Shown: in pieces, positions 35,655-35,987 of the stretch
Layout: each line of letters starts with the position of its first letter
How positions within the stretch are numbered: the stretch's first letter is position 1
NCBI GenBank assembly: GCA_000708835.1
Contig: DF237706.1
Location: forward strand, 1 to 35,987
Length of the DNA stretch: 35,987 bases
Direction: 5' to 3'
Origin: Klebsormidium nitens
Taxonomy: Eukaryota; Plantae; Klebsormidiophyceae
Notes under the pieces: model-generated
Databases searched by the model: none
What the model was told of the DNA's origin: nothing
The model's input: the letters and a program-made list of their open reading frames with translations, nothing else
Position numbers and translations under genes: made by a program

Positions 35655-35660
35655 TATATA
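35655..35660 (+). promoter_or_regulatory. TATA-like element about 30 nt upstream of tRNA-Pro
   Basis: TATATA inside TTTATATATTT at about -33 to -28 from the tRNA 5' end, typical of plant-type Pol III tRNA genes. Confidence 0.45.
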
Positions 35661-35687
35661 TTTACTTGTCGACCTGCTATGTCGCCC

Positions 35688-35759
35688 GGGAGTTTGGTCT
35701 AGTGGTATGATTCTCCGTTTGGGTCGGAGAGGTCCCGGGTTCGATTCCCGGAACTCCCC
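35688..35759 (+). tRNA. trnP: tRNA-Pro (anticodon UGG), intronless
   Basis: 72-nt cloverleaf: acceptor GGGAGTT/AACTCCC, D arm, anticodon stem CTCCG/CGGAG with loop TT-TGG-GT (TGG at 35720-22), T arm CCGGG-TTCGATT-CCCGG. Confidence 0.97.
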
Positions 35760-35762
35760 TCA

Positions 35763-35767
35763 TTTTT
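35763..35767 (+). terminator. Pol III oligo-T terminator of tRNA-Pro
   Basis: TTTTT starting 4 nt after the tRNA discriminator base. Confidence 0.7.
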
Positions 35768-35987
35768 GCGTGGCCTTACAAAATTTCAAGATCCACATGA
35801 AAGCTAGAGTTCGAGGGCCCGCAGTCCTCAACAATTCCCTTGTTGAAAGCCGTGCAATGCAGCAATGCAGTACCGTGTGCACCTCAGCATATGCTTTTTG
35901 GTTCTGGTAGTAAAGTTGTCATGTAACGGCACGACTGCGCACCGACTCCCGGCTGCGCGCTGAACTCGCGGCCGCGCATCGTCCGTT

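Noticed and set aside
1-35987. CRISPR array, prokaryotic operon or defence system
   Set aside because: All genes are spliced eukaryotic genes; repeats are two-copy duplications or TIRs, with no repeat-spacer array.

Overview
Intron-rich eukaryotic nuclear DNA, most consistent with a streptophyte (charophyte, Klebsormidium-like) alga; the organism is inferred from gene content and intron style. Five spliced protein genes were reconstructed by hand with GT-AG introns and consistent phases: U11/U12 snRNP 35K (SNRNP35, +), a plastid-type rhodanese-domain protein (-), a DUF604/Fringe-like glycosyltransferase (+), a GT25-family glycosyltransferase (-) and a 22-exon CLASP (-). A tRNA-Pro(UGG) lies near the right end. 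A 322-bp MITE with perfect 27-bp TIRs and a TA target duplication sits in a CLASP intron, and the end of a related element opens the window. No clearly new biological system is demonstrated. The best leads are stop-riddled glycosyltransferase-like relics in introns around the two intact GT genes (including a possible decayed copy of GT25 exon 2), a stop-introducing alternative 3' splice site and two unusual Gly substitutions in SNRNP35, a tRNA-like/Pol III B-box element, and a recurring GC-hairpin+CTAG motif in intergenic islands. Family calls for relics come from motif recall only and need HMM searches.
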